This document shows, piece after piece, positions 36,548-46,503 of a DNA stretch of 64,000 bases. The first letter of the stretch is position 1. Every line of letters starts with the position of its first letter. Position numbers and translations under genes: made by a program. The DNA is taken from assembly GCA_002861595.1 (NCBI GenBank), contig PJQG01000026.1, positions 442-64,441 of the forward strand, written 5' to 3'. The DNA is from Actinomycetota bacterium. Lineage in GTDB: Bacteria > Actinomycetota > Acidimicrobiia > Acidimicrobiales > GCA-2861595. Below the pieces are notes generated by a model. It saw only the letters and a program-made list of their open reading frames with translations, made no database searches and was not told the DNA's origin.

Positions 36548-39500
36548 TCACCTTCCCGGCGGGGCCCCACCCCCGCCCGGCGCCGTCTCCGGCACCATGG
36601 TCTCCAGGAAGGCGAGCACGGCCTCCGTCGGGTCGGCCCCGCGGGGCAGGGGCGCCACCACCTGGCCCAGGTCCTCCTTGTACGCCGCCCGGGGGTGGAG
36701 CCGGCGGAGTCGCACGACCTGGGACGTCTTGAGCACCAGGGGCGACAGGCGGGCCGTGTCGCGGGCAACGGTGACCTCGCGCACGCCGGTGCGGGCACAG
36801 GCGGCTCGGAGGCGGCCCACCGCGAGCAGCGCCTCGGCCGGCGCCGGCGGCGGGCCGTAGCGGTCCAGCCACTCGGCGCGGATGTCGTCCACCTCGGCGT
36901 CGGTGGTGACGGTGGCCAGCCGGCGGTAGGCCTCCACCCGCAGGTCCTCCCGGGCCACGTAGTCGGCGGGCAGGTGGGCCGACACGGGCAGGTCCAGCTT
37001 GATCTCCGCCGGCTCGTGGGGCTCCTCGCCCTTGAGCTCGGCCACCGCCTCGCTCACCATCTGCACGTACAGGTCGTAGCCCACCGCCGCGATGTGACCG
37101 GACTGGTTGGCGCCGAGCAGGTTGCCGGCGCCGCGGATCTCCAGGTCGCGCATGGCGATCTTGAACCCCGAGCCCAGCTCGGTGTGCTCCCCGATGGTGC
37201 GCAGCCGCTCGTAGGCCTCCTCCGACAGCGAGCGGTCGGGGGGGAAGAACAGGTAGGCGTAGGCCCGCTGCCCGGCTCGGCCCACCCTGCCCCGCAACTG
37301 GTGGAGCTGGCCGAGGCCGAGGAGGTCGGACCGGTCGACGACCAGGGTGTTCACCGTCGGCATGTCGATGCCGGACTCGATGATCGTGGTGCACAACAGC
37401 ACGTCGTAGGCGCCCTCCCAGAAGTCGAGCACGACCTTCTCCAGGGTCCCCTCGTCCATCTGGCCATGGGCCACGGCCACGCGGGCCTCGGGCACCAGGC
37501 GGCGCAGCTCGGCGGCCACGTGCTGGATGTCGGCCACCCGGTTGTGCACGAAGAAGACCTGGCCCTCCCGCAGCAGCTCGCGGCGGATGGACTCCGCCAC
37601 GGCGCGCTCGTCGTACTCACCCACGTAGGTGAGGATGGGCTGGCGGTCGGCCGGCGGCGTGTTGAGCAGGCTGAGGTCGCGGATGCCGGTGAGGCTCAGC
37701 TCCAGGGTCCGGGGGATGGGCGTGGCCGTCAGGGTGAGCACGTCCACGTTGGTGCGCAGCGCCTTGATGGCCTCCTTGTGGGTGACGCCGAAGCGCTGCT
37801 CCTCGTCCACCACCAGCAGCCCCAGGTCCTTGATCTTGATGTCCGGGCCGAGGAGGCGGTGGGTGCCGATGACCACGTCCACCGTGCCGTCGGCCAGGCC
37901 GTCGGCGACCTTCCTGGCCTGGGCGTTGGTGAGGAAGCGGGACAGGACCTCCACCCGCACGGGGTAGCCGGCGAAGCGGTCCGAGAAGGTGGTGTGGTGC
38001 TGCTGGGCGAGGAGGGTGGTGGGGACGAGCACGGCGGCCTGCTTGCCGTCCTGCACCGCCTTGAACACGGCCCGGATGGCCACCTCGGTCTTGCCGAAGC
38101 CCACGTCGCCGCACACCAGGCGGTCCATGGGCGCCGGCTCCTCCATGTCCTGCTTGACCTCGACGATGGCCCTGGCCTGGTCCGGGGTCTCGGTGTAGGG
38201 GAAGGCCTCCTCCAGCTCGTGCTGCCACGGCGTGTCGGGGGGGAAGGCGTGGCCTTGGCTGGCCATGCGCCGGCGGTACAACACCACCAGCTCCTGGGCG
38301 ATCTCCCGCGCCGCCGACTTCACCCGCGCCCGGGTGCGGTGCCAGTCGGAGCCGCCGAGCTTGTGCAGGGTGGGTGTCTCCCCACCGCTGTAGGGGCGCA
38401 CGGCGTCGATCTGGTCGGAGGGGACGTAGAGCCTGTCGCCGCCCCGGTACTCCAGCAGCAGGTAGTCGCGCTCGGAGCCGGCGCTGCCGCCCATGACGCG
38501 GGTGACCATGCCGGCGTAGCGGGCCACGCCGTGCTGGTGGTGGACCACGTAGTCACCGGGCTTCAGCTCGCCGAAGAAACCCTCGGTGCCGCGAGCGCGG
38601 GGGCGGGGCGGGCGGTGGGCCCGGCGCCGGCCCGACACGTCGCTCTCGGTCAGGACCGCCAGCTTGACGGACGGCAGCACGAAGCCCCGCTCCAGGGGCT
38701 GCACGACCGTCTCGGTGAGCCTGACCCCCTCCTCCTCCAGGCCGGCGACGATGCGGGCCGCGCTGCCCTCGCCGTCGGCGCACAACACCACCCGGAACCC
38801 GTCGGCCAGCAGGTCGCCCACCTGCTTGGTCAGGCGGCTGGCGTCGCCCACCACCGGGTCCCACCCGAAGGCGGTCACCACCGGGGAGCCGGGTCCCTCC
38901 GGTGCGGGGGTGATCGACCAGGCCGGGGCGGTGGTGTGGGCCAGCAGGCGGTCAAAGGGCAGATGGAGCGGCGGGAAGCCGCCGCGCTCGCCCGTGGCTG
39001 CGCCCCAGGTGCCGGCGAGGGTGTCGGCCAGGGCCGCCTCCTCGTCGAGCAGCTCGGCGGCGCGGTCCCGCATGCGCCGGGGCTCGACCAGCAGCACCTG
39101 GGCGTCGGCGCCGATGAGGTCGGACAGCAGGTGCTCCCCCTCGGTGACCCAGGGCAGCCACGACTCCATCCCGTCGAACACCAGGCCCTCGGCCAGCTTC
39201 TCCCACTGCGCCCTTCCCCACGGCTCGGCGCCCACCAGCCCGGCCGCCCGCTCCCGCACCTCGGCCGTGGGCCGCAGCTCCCGGCAGGCGAAGATCTCGG
39301 CGCACGCCACGTCGGTGGTCGAGCGCTGGTCGGCGACGGCGAACTCGGTGAGGCGGTCGACCTCGTCGCCCCACAGGTCGATGCGCACGGGCACATCGGC
39401 CGTACAGGGGAAGACGTCGACGATCGAGCCCCGCACCGCCACCTCGCCCCGGTGCTCCACCTGGTACTCGCGCCGGTAGCCGGCGGCCACGAGCTGCGCT

Positions 39501-39955
39501 ACCAGCTCCTCGGGGTCGACGCGGTCGCCAGGTCGCACGACCACCGGCTCGGCCTCCTCGACATGGGGCCCGAGGCGCTGGATGAGCGCCTTCACCGGGG
39601 CCACCAGGACCTTCGGCATGCGCTCGGCGTTGCGCAGGCGCCACATGGTGCGCAGGCGCCGGCCCATGGTCTCGACGCTCGGGCTCACCCGCTCGAAGGG
39701 CAGCGTCTCCCACGCCGGGAACGTGTCGACCTCGTCGGGGCCGAGGAAGGCTCGCAGGTCATGGGCCAAGCGCTCGGCGTCGGTGGCGGAGGGCGTGGCC
39801 ACCACGACGGGGTGGCGATCGAGCAGCGTGGTGAGGCCCGCCACCACGAAGGCCCGGGCCGGCTCGGGCACCGCCAGCACCGCCTCGGAGCGACCGGCCA
39901 GTGACCCGAGGCTCTCATCACCCTTCAGCAGAGGAGGCAGCGAGCGGAGGCTCAC
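36548..39955 (-). CDS. mfd: Transcription-repair coupling factor
   Basis: 1135 aa. [11 protein letters not shown] (Walker A), [10 protein letters not shown] (DEEQ box), [14 protein letters not shown] motif region. Confidence 0.97.
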   Translation of the reverse strand: MSLRSLPPLLKGDESLGSLAGRSEAVLAVPEPARAFVVAGLTTLLDRHPVVVATPSATDAERLAHDLRAFLGPDEVDTFPAWETLPFERVSPSVETMGRRLRTMWRLRNAERMPKVLVAPVKALIQRLGPHVEEAEPVVVRPGDRVDPEELVAQLVAAGYRREYQVEHRGEVAVRGSIVDVFPCTADVPVRIDLWGDEVDRLTEFAVADQRSTTDVACAEIFACRELRPTAEVRERAAGLVGAEPWGRAQWEKLAEGLVFDGMESWLPWVTEGEHLLSDLIGADAQVLLVEPRRMRDRAAELLDEEAALADTLAGTWGAATGERGGFPPLHLPFDRLLAHTTAPAWSITPAPEGPGSPVVTAFGWDPVVGDASRLTKQVGDLLADGFRVVLCADGEGSAARIVAGLEEEGVRLTETVVQPLERGFVLPSVKLAVLTESDVSGRRRAHRPPRPRARGTEGFFGELKPGDYVVHHQHGVARYAGMVTRVMGGSAGSERDYLLLEYRGGDRLYVPSDQIDAVRPYSGGETPTLHKLGGSDWHRTRARVKSAAREIAQELVVLYRRRMASQGHAFPPDTPWQHELEEAFPYTETPDQARAIVEVKQDMEEPAPMDRLVCGDVGFGKTEVAIRAVFKAVQDGKQAAVLVPTTLLAQQHHTTFSDRFAGYPVRVEVLSRFLTNAQARKVADGLADGTVDVVIGTHRLLGPDIKIKDLGLLVVDEEQRFGVTHKEAIKALRTNVDVLTLTATPIPRTLELSLTGIRDLSLLNTPPADRQPILTYVGEYDERAVAESIRRELLREGQVFFVHNRVADIQHVAAELRRLVPEARVAVAHGQMDEGTLEKVVLDFWEGAYDVLLCTTIIESGIDMPTVNTLVVDRSDLLGLGQLHQLRGRVGRAGQRAYAYLFFPPDRSLSEEAYERLRTIGEHTELGSGFKIAMRDLEIRGAGNLLGANQSGHIAAVGYDLYVQMVSEAVAELKGEEPHEPAEIKLDLPVSAHLPADYVAREDLRVEAYRRLATVTTDAEVDDIRAEWLDRYGPPPAPAEALLAVGRLRAACARTGVREVTVARDTARLSPLVLKTSQVVRLRRLHPRAAYKEDLGQVVAPLPRGADPTEAVLAFLETMVPETAPGGGGAPPGR

Positions 39956-40057
39956 TCGCCGCAGGCTACCGCCGGCACCCCCAGCACCTTTTCGACCCGC
40001 CCGGGTCGAATGGACAGACGGCCCGGCGTGGGGCAGGGGCCCCCACGCTCGGGAGGA

Positions 40058-40079
40058 GGGCGGGGTTGGGGCCCCGCCC
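40058..40079 (-). terminator. GC hairpin downstream of pth (GGGCGGGG-ttgggg-CCCCGCCC)
   Basis: 8-bp perfect stem read directly, just below the pth stop (40083). No U-tract. Confidence 0.4.
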
Positions 40080-40082
40080 GGG

Positions 40083-40640
40083 TCAACGAATGTTGTAGCG
40101 GTTCATGGCCGCGGTCGGGCCGTCGGTGAGGATGAGCTCGACGGCGTCGGCGGCTTCTTGGACCACGACGGCCAATTCGGCCCGCTCCGCCTTGCCCGGC
40201 GCGTTGAGCACGTGGTCGACCCCCTGGGCCCGCCCTGAGGGTTTGCCGATGCCGATGCGGACCCGGCAGAAGGCGTCGCTGTGGAGATGGCCCTTGATCG
40301 ACTTGAGCCCGTTGTGACCGGCCAGGCCGCCCCCGAGCTTGACCCGCATGGCGCCCACCGCCAGGTCGAGCTCGTCGTGCACGACCACCAGGCGCTCCAG
40401 GTCCTCCACGCCGAAGCGACGGACGAGAGGGGCCACGGCCAGGCCTGAGTCGTTCATGAACGTCTGCGGGAAGGCCAGGGCCACGCGGGCGGAGCCGATC
40501 CGGATCTCGGCCACCAGCGCCCGCTCCTTGGCCTTGCGCAGCCGGCCGCGGTGGCGGCTGGCCAACAGCTCGACGACCTCGGCGCCGACGTTGTGCCGGG
40601 TCCCGGCGTACTCGGCGCCCGGGTTGCCCAGGCCGACCAC
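40083..40640 (-). CDS. pth: Peptidyl-tRNA hydrolase
   Basis: VGLGNPGAEYAGTRHNVG, AFPQTFMNDSG, GHNGLKSI. Confidence 0.95.
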   Translation of the reverse strand: MVGLGNPGAEYAGTRHNVGAEVVELLASRHRGRLRKAKERALVAEIRIGSARVALAFPQTFMNDSGLAVAPLVRRFGVEDLERLVVVHDELDLAVGAMRVKLGGGLAGHNGLKSIKGHLHSDAFCRVRIGIGKPSGRAQGVDHVLNAPGKAERAELAVVVQEAADAVELILTDGPTAAMNRYNIR

Positions 40641-40682
40641 GAGCAGGTCGGCCGGCGTGCCGGTGCGGGGGCGCAGCAGGCG

Positions 40683-41318
40683 CTAGCCCGCGCCGCCGGG
40701 CTCGGCGCCCGACCCGCCGCCTTCGGCCGCTGCACCCGTCTCGTCCTCGGGCAGCGCTTCGGTCTGCGGGGGCTGGCCCACGACCACGGCCTCCTCCGGG
40801 TCGGCGTCGAAGCTCGCACCCTCGGAACGGGGCAGATCGCTCACCCGGATGGTCTGGCCGATGCCGAGCTCGCTGATGTCGACCTCGACGGCGTTGGGGA
40901 TGCGGTCGGGCGTGGCATGGACGGCCACGGTGAACATCTGCTGGTCGACCACACCGTCGCCCTGATGGATCTGAACGGGCTCGCCGACGAGGGCGATGGG
41001 CACGTCGGCGCTGATCACCTCGTCGCGCCGCACGATCTGGAAGTCGACATGGGTCACCAGGCTGCGGATGGGGTCGCGCTGCAGCTCGCGGGCCAGCGTC
41101 AGGTGGGAGGTGCCGTCGACCTGGAGGTCGAGCAGGGCGTTGAGACCCGCATCGGTGGACAATGCGGCGCGAAGAGCACGGCCGTTGACGGCGACGGGCA
41201 ACGGGTCGATCCCGTGGCCGTAGACGACGCCGGGCACCTTGCCCTCGGCGCGTAGGCGCCGCGATGCCCTCGAACCAGCACGACGGCCGGTTTCGGCGGG
41301 AAGAGTGATCTCGGGCAC
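40683..41318 (-). CDS. rplY: 50S ribosomal protein L25 / general stress protein Ctc
   Basis: RRLRAEGKVPGVVYG, HVDFQIV, acidic C-terminal tail. Conserved position between prs and pth. Confidence 0.9.
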   Translation of the reverse strand: MPEITLPAETGRRAGSRASRRLRAEGKVPGVVYGHGIDPLPVAVNGRALRAALSTDAGLNALLDLQVDGTSHLTLARELQRDPIRSLVTHVDFQIVRRDEVISADVPIALVGEPVQIHQGDGVVDQQMFTVAVHATPDRIPNAVEVDISELGIGQTIRVSDLPRSEGASFDADPEEAVVVGQPPQTEALPEDETGAAAEGGGSGAEPGGAG

Positions 41319-41340
41319 CGCAGGAGTCTACGGCAGGTCC

Positions 41341-42303
41341 CTACGACTGGTTGTCGCCGCCGAAGATCTCCGAGACGGAGGTGTCCTCGAACACGGCGTC
41401 GATGGCGTCGGCGATGATGCCGGCGACCGAGAGGACCTCGATCTTGTCGAGTTGCTTCTCCGGCGGTAGCGGCAAGGTGTCGGTGACCACGATCCTCCCG
41501 ATCACCGAGTTCTTCAACTTGTCGATGGCAGGGTCGGACAGCACCCCGTGGGTGGCCATGGCCCACACCTCGCTTGCGCCGCTCTCCATGAGGATGTCGG
41601 CCGCGGCGACGATCGTGCCGGCGGTGTCGATCATGTCGTCGATGAGGACGCAGTGCCGCCCGCTCACCTCACCCATGACGCCCCGGGCCTGCGCCACGCC
41701 GCGGGCCCGCTTCTTGTAGACGCCCGCAGGGTCGGCGTCGAGGTGCTGGGCGAAGCGCTCGGCCACCTTCATGCGCCCGGCGTCGGGGGCCACGATCATG
41801 GGGTCCTTCGGGCCCGACTTGGCCAGGTAGTCGAGCAGCACCGGGGTTGCGGTGAGGTGATCGACGGGGATGTCGAAGAAACCCTGGATCTGGCCCGAGT
41901 GCAGGTCGACGCTGAGGACCCGGTTGGCGCCGGCCACCATGAGCATGTCCGCCACCAGCTTGGCCGTGATGGGCTCCCGGCCCTCAGCCTTGCGGTCCTG
42001 GCGGGCGTAACCGTAGTAGGGCACCACGGCTGTGACCCGCTTTGCCGAGGCCCGCTTGGCCGCGTCGATCATGATGCACTGCTCCACGATGGAGTCGTTC
42101 ACCGGGTTGGCGTGGGTCTGGACGATGAAGGTGTCGCTACCCCGCACCGACTCGTCGTAGCGGCAATGGATCTCGCCGTTGGCGAACTCCCTGACGTTGG
42201 CGTCCCCCAGACCCACGTCGAGGTGCCGGGCGATGTCGGCGGCCAGGGTGGGGTGGGAGCGGCCGGAGTACAGGACGAGGCGCTTCTTGGGCACCATCTC
42301 CAT
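41341..42303 (-). CDS. prs: Ribose-phosphate pyrophosphokinase
   Basis: 320 aa. YYGYARQDRK, VLIDDMIDTAGT, NSVIGRIVVTDT. Confidence 0.97.
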   Translation of the reverse strand: MEMVPKKRLVLYSGRSHPTLAADIARHLDVGLGDANVREFANGEIHCRYDESVRGSDTFIVQTHANPVNDSIVEQCIMIDAAKRASAKRVTAVVPYYGYARQDRKAEGREPITAKLVADMLMVAGANRVLSVDLHSGQIQGFFDIPVDHLTATPVLLDYLAKSGPKDPMIVAPDAGRMKVAERFAQHLDADPAGVYKKRARGVAQARGVMGEVSGRHCVLIDDMIDTAGTIVAAADILMESGASEVWAMATHGVLSDPAIDKLKNSVIGRIVVTDTLPLPPEKQLDKIEVLSVAGIIADAIDAVFEDTSVSEIFGGDNQS

Positions 42304-42306
42304 TGC

Positions 42307-43413
42307 TCAGGTCCCCTCCTGGTGACCGTCGGCGGCGAAGAACGGGCCGGTGACGGTGCCCGGCGCCACCCGGGAGCCCGGGGCCAGCGCCGCGAACGGC
42401 CCCACGCGAGCGTCGGCGCCGATCTCAGCCTGGCGGGCCACGGTCTGCTCCACCACGGCGCCGTCGCCCACCACGCAGTCGACGAGGCGCGAGTCGGGGC
42501 CGATCTGGGCGCCGGCGCCGACAGTGGTGGACCCCTGGAGGATGGCGCCGGGGAAGAGGGTGACATCGGGCGACAGCCGCACGGTGGCGTCGATGTAGGT
42601 GCGCCGAGGGTCGAGCATCGTCACGCCCCGATGCATCCACCGGTCGTTGGTGCGGTCGCGCAGCTCGGCTTCGGCCACGGCCAGCTGGGCCCGGTCGTTC
42701 ACACCGGCCACCTCCATCGGGTCGTCGACCGCCATGGAGATGACGGCGTAGCCGGCGTCGTGGAGGACCCCCACGACGTCGGTGAGGTAGTACTCGCCCT
42801 GCGCGTTCTCGGGGCTCAGGCGGCGCAGGGCCGGGGCCAGCACGCTGCGGCGGAAGCAGTAGATCGAGGTGTTGACCTCGTCGATAGCCAGCTCTTCGGC
42901 GGTGGCGTCGGCCTGCTCCACGATCCTCGCCACGTTGTCCCGCTTGTCCCGCACGACGCGCCCGTAGCCGCCGGCGTCCGCGACCCTCGTCGTGAGCACC
43001 GAAGCCGCGGCCTCGGCCTCGCGGTGGCTGCTCACCAGGCGGTCGAGGGTCGGCGAGCGCACCAGGGGGGTGTCGCCGGGCAGCACGACGATGTCGGCGT
43101 CGTCGGCGTCGTCGTCGGGAAAGGCGGTGAGGCCGACGGAGACCGCGTCCCCGGTGCCTCGCTGCACGTGCTGCTCGACGAAATCGATGATGAGGTTCGC
43201 AGGAGCGCTCTCCAGCAGGGCTTTGGTGACCCGCTCGGCGCCGTGGCCCACCACGACGACCACCCGGTCGACGTCGAGCTCGGCCAGGGCGTCGATGACG
43301 TGGAGCACCATCGGGCGCCCGCACAGCAGGTGCAGCGGCTTGGGCCGCTCCGACTTCATGCGCGTCCCCTCGCCCGCCGCCAGAACCACTGCGGACAACG
43401 GGCGCCGGCTCAT
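42307..43413 (-). CDS. glmU: GlmU-like uridylyltransferase with a short left-handed beta-helix (C-terminal acetyltransferase part apparently missing)
   Basis: AVVLAAGEGTRMKS...KPLHLLCG, QRGTGDAV, YYLTDVV. The LbH ends at VGPFAALAPGS...GPFFAADGHQEGT*, about 90-100 aa short of E. coli/B. subtilis GlmU as I recall them. Confidence 0.8.
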   Translation of the reverse strand: MSRRPLSAVVLAAGEGTRMKSERPKPLHLLCGRPMVLHVIDALAELDVDRVVVVVGHGAERVTKALLESAPANLIIDFVEQHVQRGTGDAVSVGLTAFPDDDADDADIVVLPGDTPLVRSPTLDRLVSSHREAEAAASVLTTRVADAGGYGRVVRDKRDNVARIVEQADATAEELAIDEVNTSIYCFRRSVLAPALRRLSPENAQGEYYLTDVVGVLHDAGYAVISMAVDDPMEVAGVNDRAQLAVAEAELRDRTNDRWMHRGVTMLDPRRTYIDATVRLSPDVTLFPGAILQGSTTVGAGAQIGPDSRLVDCVVGDGAVVEQTVARQAEIGADARVGPFAALAPGSRVAPGTVTGPFFAADGHQEGT

Positions 43414-43455
43414 GGCTCCTGTCTACCCCAGCGGTGAGGGGTCAAGTGGCGACCG

Positions 43456-43526
43456 CTCGGGGAGAAGGGCTCGAACCTTCATTCCAGGAGCCAAAATCCT
43501 GTGTCCTACCGTTGGACGATCCCCGA
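43456..43526 (-). tRNA. tRNA-Gln (anticodon UUG), CCA not encoded
   Basis: Hand fold of the complement: UCGGGGA-UC-GUCC-AACGGUA-GGAC-A-CAGGA-UUUUGGC-UCCUG-GAAU-GAAGG-UUCGAGC-CCUUC-UCCCCGA-G. U1-A72 and G73 fit Gln identity. Confidence 0.85.
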
Positions 43527-44037
43527 AGGAGACGACGAAGATACCGCCGCGAAAGGCATCTCCAACGATCGATTGACGATGCCTTCCCACCACCCCTCGA
43601 TCTGGCGGTTCAGGTCAAGCTCCTGCGAACCCGAACGGCGAGACAAACGCGGTCAAGGCCGATCCCGAGCAGCTGGAGCCAACGCAGGAACAGCGTGACC
43701 ATGTCGGGGTCGGCAGGGAGTGGGACACCCTTCCAGCCACTTCGTGCGGGTCTTGGATGTCCGCACTCCCATGATCTCGGCGATCTGGGAGCGGGAGTGG
43801 CCTGCGAGGCGCAGTTCGACGGCCCGCCGGCGTTGACTTCGATCTGTGTCGTCCCGTCGGCACCGACCTCAGTTTCGACACTGTGGCACGCTCATCCGCC
43901 GCCGGCGGGAGCTCCGAAAAAGGTGCTGGAAACGGGAGACATCTTCCCGAGTCAGCGCAGGTCGCGCAAGGTATCCAGCCTCGACACGGCTTGGGCCGAC
44001 GAAACGAAGCCTTGCTTCGAAAGGGGAACTTGTCTCG

Positions 44038-44907
44038 GTGAGCATCGACGAACGCAAGCTCAACGAGTTGATCGTGGAGTCCCAGGACCTTCAGGTGGAC
44101 GCCATGAACGGCATCAAGGCCACGCTCCCGGAGCTGGCCGAGATCCGCGAGGAGCGCCGTGGCAAGGAGGTCGACCGGGAGGAGATCGACCGGTTCAACG
44201 CCAACCGCCGAGGGTTGCTGGCCAAGATGGGCATCGGCGCCGGCGGGCTGGCGACCAGGGGCCTCGTCGGCGGCGGGCTCGGTGGCCTCGCCGCCGCCAT
44301 CCTCGCCACCCCGGCGCGGGCCGACAGGCCGCTCGACATCCAGATCCTCCAGACGGCGTCCTCGCTGGAGCGCCTGGCCGTCAACACCTACAACACCGCC
44401 CTCGGCCTCCCATTCATCAGGAACGGCAACGCCACGGTGATCGCCTTCGCCAGGGAGACGATGAGGCAGCACGACGAGCACCGCAAGGCCTTCCAGGCCC
44501 AGACCACCACCCTCGGCGGCAAGGTCCAGGACCAGCCCAACCCGAAGTTCCAGGATGTCGTGAACAAGGCCGCTCCCGGCCTCAAGGCGCCGATCGACGT
44601 GGTGAGGCTGGCCGCCAATCTGGAGAAGGTGGCCACCGACACCTACCTGGTCAACCTCACGATGTTCGAGGACGTCCAGTCCAAGAGCATCATGGGCAGC
44701 GTCATGGGCGTGGAGGCTCAGCACCTGGCCACCCTGCGGGCCGTCGAGGCACTGCTGCAGGCCAACGCCGAGAACCTGGTCAAGGTCCCGATCGGCGCCG
44801 ACCTGGCCAAGCTGCCCGCCGCCGCCGGCAGCGTCGCCTTCCCTCAAGCCTTCGAGATGACCACGCCCGAGCTCATCGCCGACCCACAATCAGGAGCGGT
44901 CAAGTGA
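44038..44907 (+). CDS. Ferritin-like domain protein with twin-arginine motif
   Basis: NRRGLLAKMGIGAGG Tat-like motif. LQTASSLERLAVNTY...EHRKAF...MGVEAQHLATLR are ferritin-like four-helix motifs. Start uncertain (GTG 44038 or ATG 44104). Confidence 0.65.
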   Translation: MSIDERKLNELIVESQDLQVDAMNGIKATLPELAEIREERRGKEVDREEIDRFNANRRGLLAKMGIGAGGLATRGLVGGGLGGLAAAILATPARADRPLDIQILQTASSLERLAVNTYNTALGLPFIRNGNATVIAFARETMRQHDEHRKAFQAQTTTLGGKVQDQPNPKFQDVVNKAAPGLKAPIDVVRLAANLEKVATDTYLVNLTMFEDVQSKSIMGSVMGVEAQHLATLRAVEALLQANAENLVKVPIGADLAKLPAAAGSVAFPQAFEMTTPELIADPQSGAVK

Positions 44908-45611
44908 ACCGACTGAGCGAGAACGACATGGACCGGAGCGACCCCCGGTCCCTCGCCACCGAACTGATGACGGCGTCGGTGAGCCGTCGCCGGTTCCTCA
45001 TCGGCAGCACGGTCGCCGCCGGCCTCGCCCTCGTCACCGCCGCCTGCGGCGACGACGACGAGCCCACGACCGGTGGCACCACCGACACCACCGGCGGCGA
45101 TGGAGAGGGAGGCAAGAAGCTGTCCGGCGACGCCGCCATCGCCGAGTTCGCCGCCGGCCTCGAGGTGCTCGCCGTCAACACCTACAAGTCGGCGCTCGAC
45201 GCCGCCACCGCCGGCAAGCTCGGCACCGTCCCCCCGGCTGTCGCCACCTTCGTGCAGACGGCGATGGGCCACCACCAGGACCACCTCGATGCCCTCAACG
45301 AGGTCGTCACCGGTGCCGGCGGCGAGGAGGTCACCACACCCAACGCCCAGCTGGAGCCCACGGTCATGACCATGCTCAGCCAGGTCAAGGACGTCCCCGG
45401 TGCCGCCAACCTGGCGCTGACCCTGGAGGACATCGCGGCCCAGACCTACCTGAGCGTCATCCCCGCGCTGAAGAGCGAGGACGCCATCAGGCTGGCCGCG
45501 TCGATCCAGGTCGTCGACCAGCAGCACCAGGCCATCCTGCTGTACGCCCTCGGGAAGTACCCGGTGCCGGAGACCTTCCAGAAGACCGACAAGGCGGCAA
45601 CGCCGGCGTAG
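44904..45611 (+). CDS. Ferritin-like domain protein, Tat signal and possible lipobox
   Basis: SRRRFLIGSTVAAGLALVTAACG. AAGLEVLAVNTY...HHQDHLDAL...VVDQQHQAILLYAL. GTGA overlap with the upstream stop. Start uncertain. Confidence 0.65.
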   Translation: MNRLSENDMDRSDPRSLATELMTASVSRRRFLIGSTVAAGLALVTAACGDDDEPTTGGTTDTTGGDGEGGKKLSGDAAIAEFAAGLEVLAVNTYKSALDAATAGKLGTVPPAVATFVQTAMGHHQDHLDALNEVVTGAGGEEVTTPNAQLEPTVMTMLSQVKDVPGAANLALTLEDIAAQTYLSVIPALKSEDAIRLAASIQVVDQQHQAILLYALGKYPVPETFQKTDKAATPA

Positions 45612-45662
45612 GGCGAGCGGCCCGGCGGGCCCGACCACAGAACAACTAGCCTCGGGCTCGAC

Positions 45663-45761
45663 ATGGGATCGCTCATCAAGAAGCGCCGCAAGCGCATGCG
45701 CAAGAAGAAGCACAAGAAGATGCTGAAAGCGACCCGCTGGCAACGCCGAGCGGGGAAGTGA
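45663..45761 (+). CDS. 30S ribosomal protein bS22 (AURKAIP1/COX24-like small basic protein)
   Basis: Not in the ORF track (32 aa). Own translation [32 protein letters not shown] closely resembles mycobacterial bS22 ([21 protein letters not shown]...). Confidence 0.8.
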   Translation: [32 protein letters not shown]

Positions 45762-45800
45762 CCACCCTGCTGACCCTGCCGAGCAGGTCAGTGACCAGCC

Positions 45801-45830
45801 GAACCGGCCGCCCTCAAGGGCGGCCGGTTC
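45801..45830. terminator. Bidirectional hairpin GAACCGGCCGCCC-tcaa-GGGCGGCCGGTTC
   Basis: Perfect 13-bp stem read directly, between the bS22 gene (+) and ispE (-). The ispE stop codon lies in the loop. Confidence 0.7.
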
Positions 45831-46503
45831 GCGTCACCACCGCTCCCGCCACTTCGGGGTAGTCGCCCTCCACGAACCAGGTCCCCCCGCTACCGGCCAA
45901 CTGCGGCGTCTGCCCGGTCGCATCGCCCAGGCGGTCGCGCCACTCCGCCAGCCGGGGCTCGGCCCGCAGGGCCGCGGGCTCCAGGTCGTTGACGCCCTCT
46001 GCCGTGGGGCCGCCCATGTCGTCCCACGCCCGGTAGACCAGGGGCGTCCACAGCGGGAACGGCGGCGTGAGCAGCGTGAAGGCGCGGTCGACGAAGGGCA
46101 GTGGCTCCACCACCTCGCCGGTGCCGCGCACCCGCGCTCGTCCGCCCACCAGGCAGAAGGGCACGTCGGCCCCCAGGCGGGAGGCGACCTCCAGGTCGTC
46201 GCACCCCGCCCACCGCAGCACGGCGGCGGCATCGGCCGAGCCACCACCGAGGCCGGCGCCGACGGGGATGCGCTTGTCCACCTCGACCCGGACCCCGGCC
46301 TGCCGGCCAACGGCAGCCAGGGCGCGGCTCACCAGGTCGTCGGGCGCCAGGTCGTTCTCCCCGGGGCCGAACGTCAGCTCGTCGGCCAGGTCCAGCGTGG
46401 TCATCTCGGCATCGATGAGGTGGTAGCCGTCGCCGCGCCGCCCCACCACCCGGAGGGTGAGGGTCAGCTTGGCCGGAGCCCGTTGGCGTGATCGCTCGCG
46501 CAC
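45814..46503 (-). CDS. ispE: 4-diphosphocytidyl-2-C-methyl-D-erythritol kinase (compact form)
   Basis: APAKLTLTLRVVGRRGDGYH, KRIPVGAGLGGGSADAAAVL (GHMP motif), QLAGSGGTWF. GTG 46503 overlaps the rsmA end by 40 nt. Confidence 0.85.
   Translation of the reverse strand: MRERSRQRAPAKLTLTLRVVGRRGDGYHLIDAEMTTLDLADELTFGPGENDLAPDDLVSRALAAVGRQAGVRVEVDKRIPVGAGLGGGSADAAAVLRWAGCDDLEVASRLGADVPFCLVGGRARVRGTGEVVEPLPFVDRAFTLLTPPFPLWTPLVYRAWDDMGGPTAEGVNDLEPAALRAEPRLAEWRDRLGDATGQTPQLAGSGGTWFVEGDYPEVAGAVVTRTGRP

Noticed and set aside
43456-44037. tRNA-Gln plus adjacent HTH remnant considered as the edge of an integrated mobile element.
   Set aside because: The remnant lies on the 5' side of the tRNA, whereas integrases target the 3' end. 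No integrase and no direct repeat of the tRNA 3' half were seen.
44038-45611. Ferritin-like pair considered as encapsulin cargo.
   Set aside because: No encapsulin shell gene is present in the window, and both proteins carry export (Tat) signals rather than C-terminal targeting peptides.
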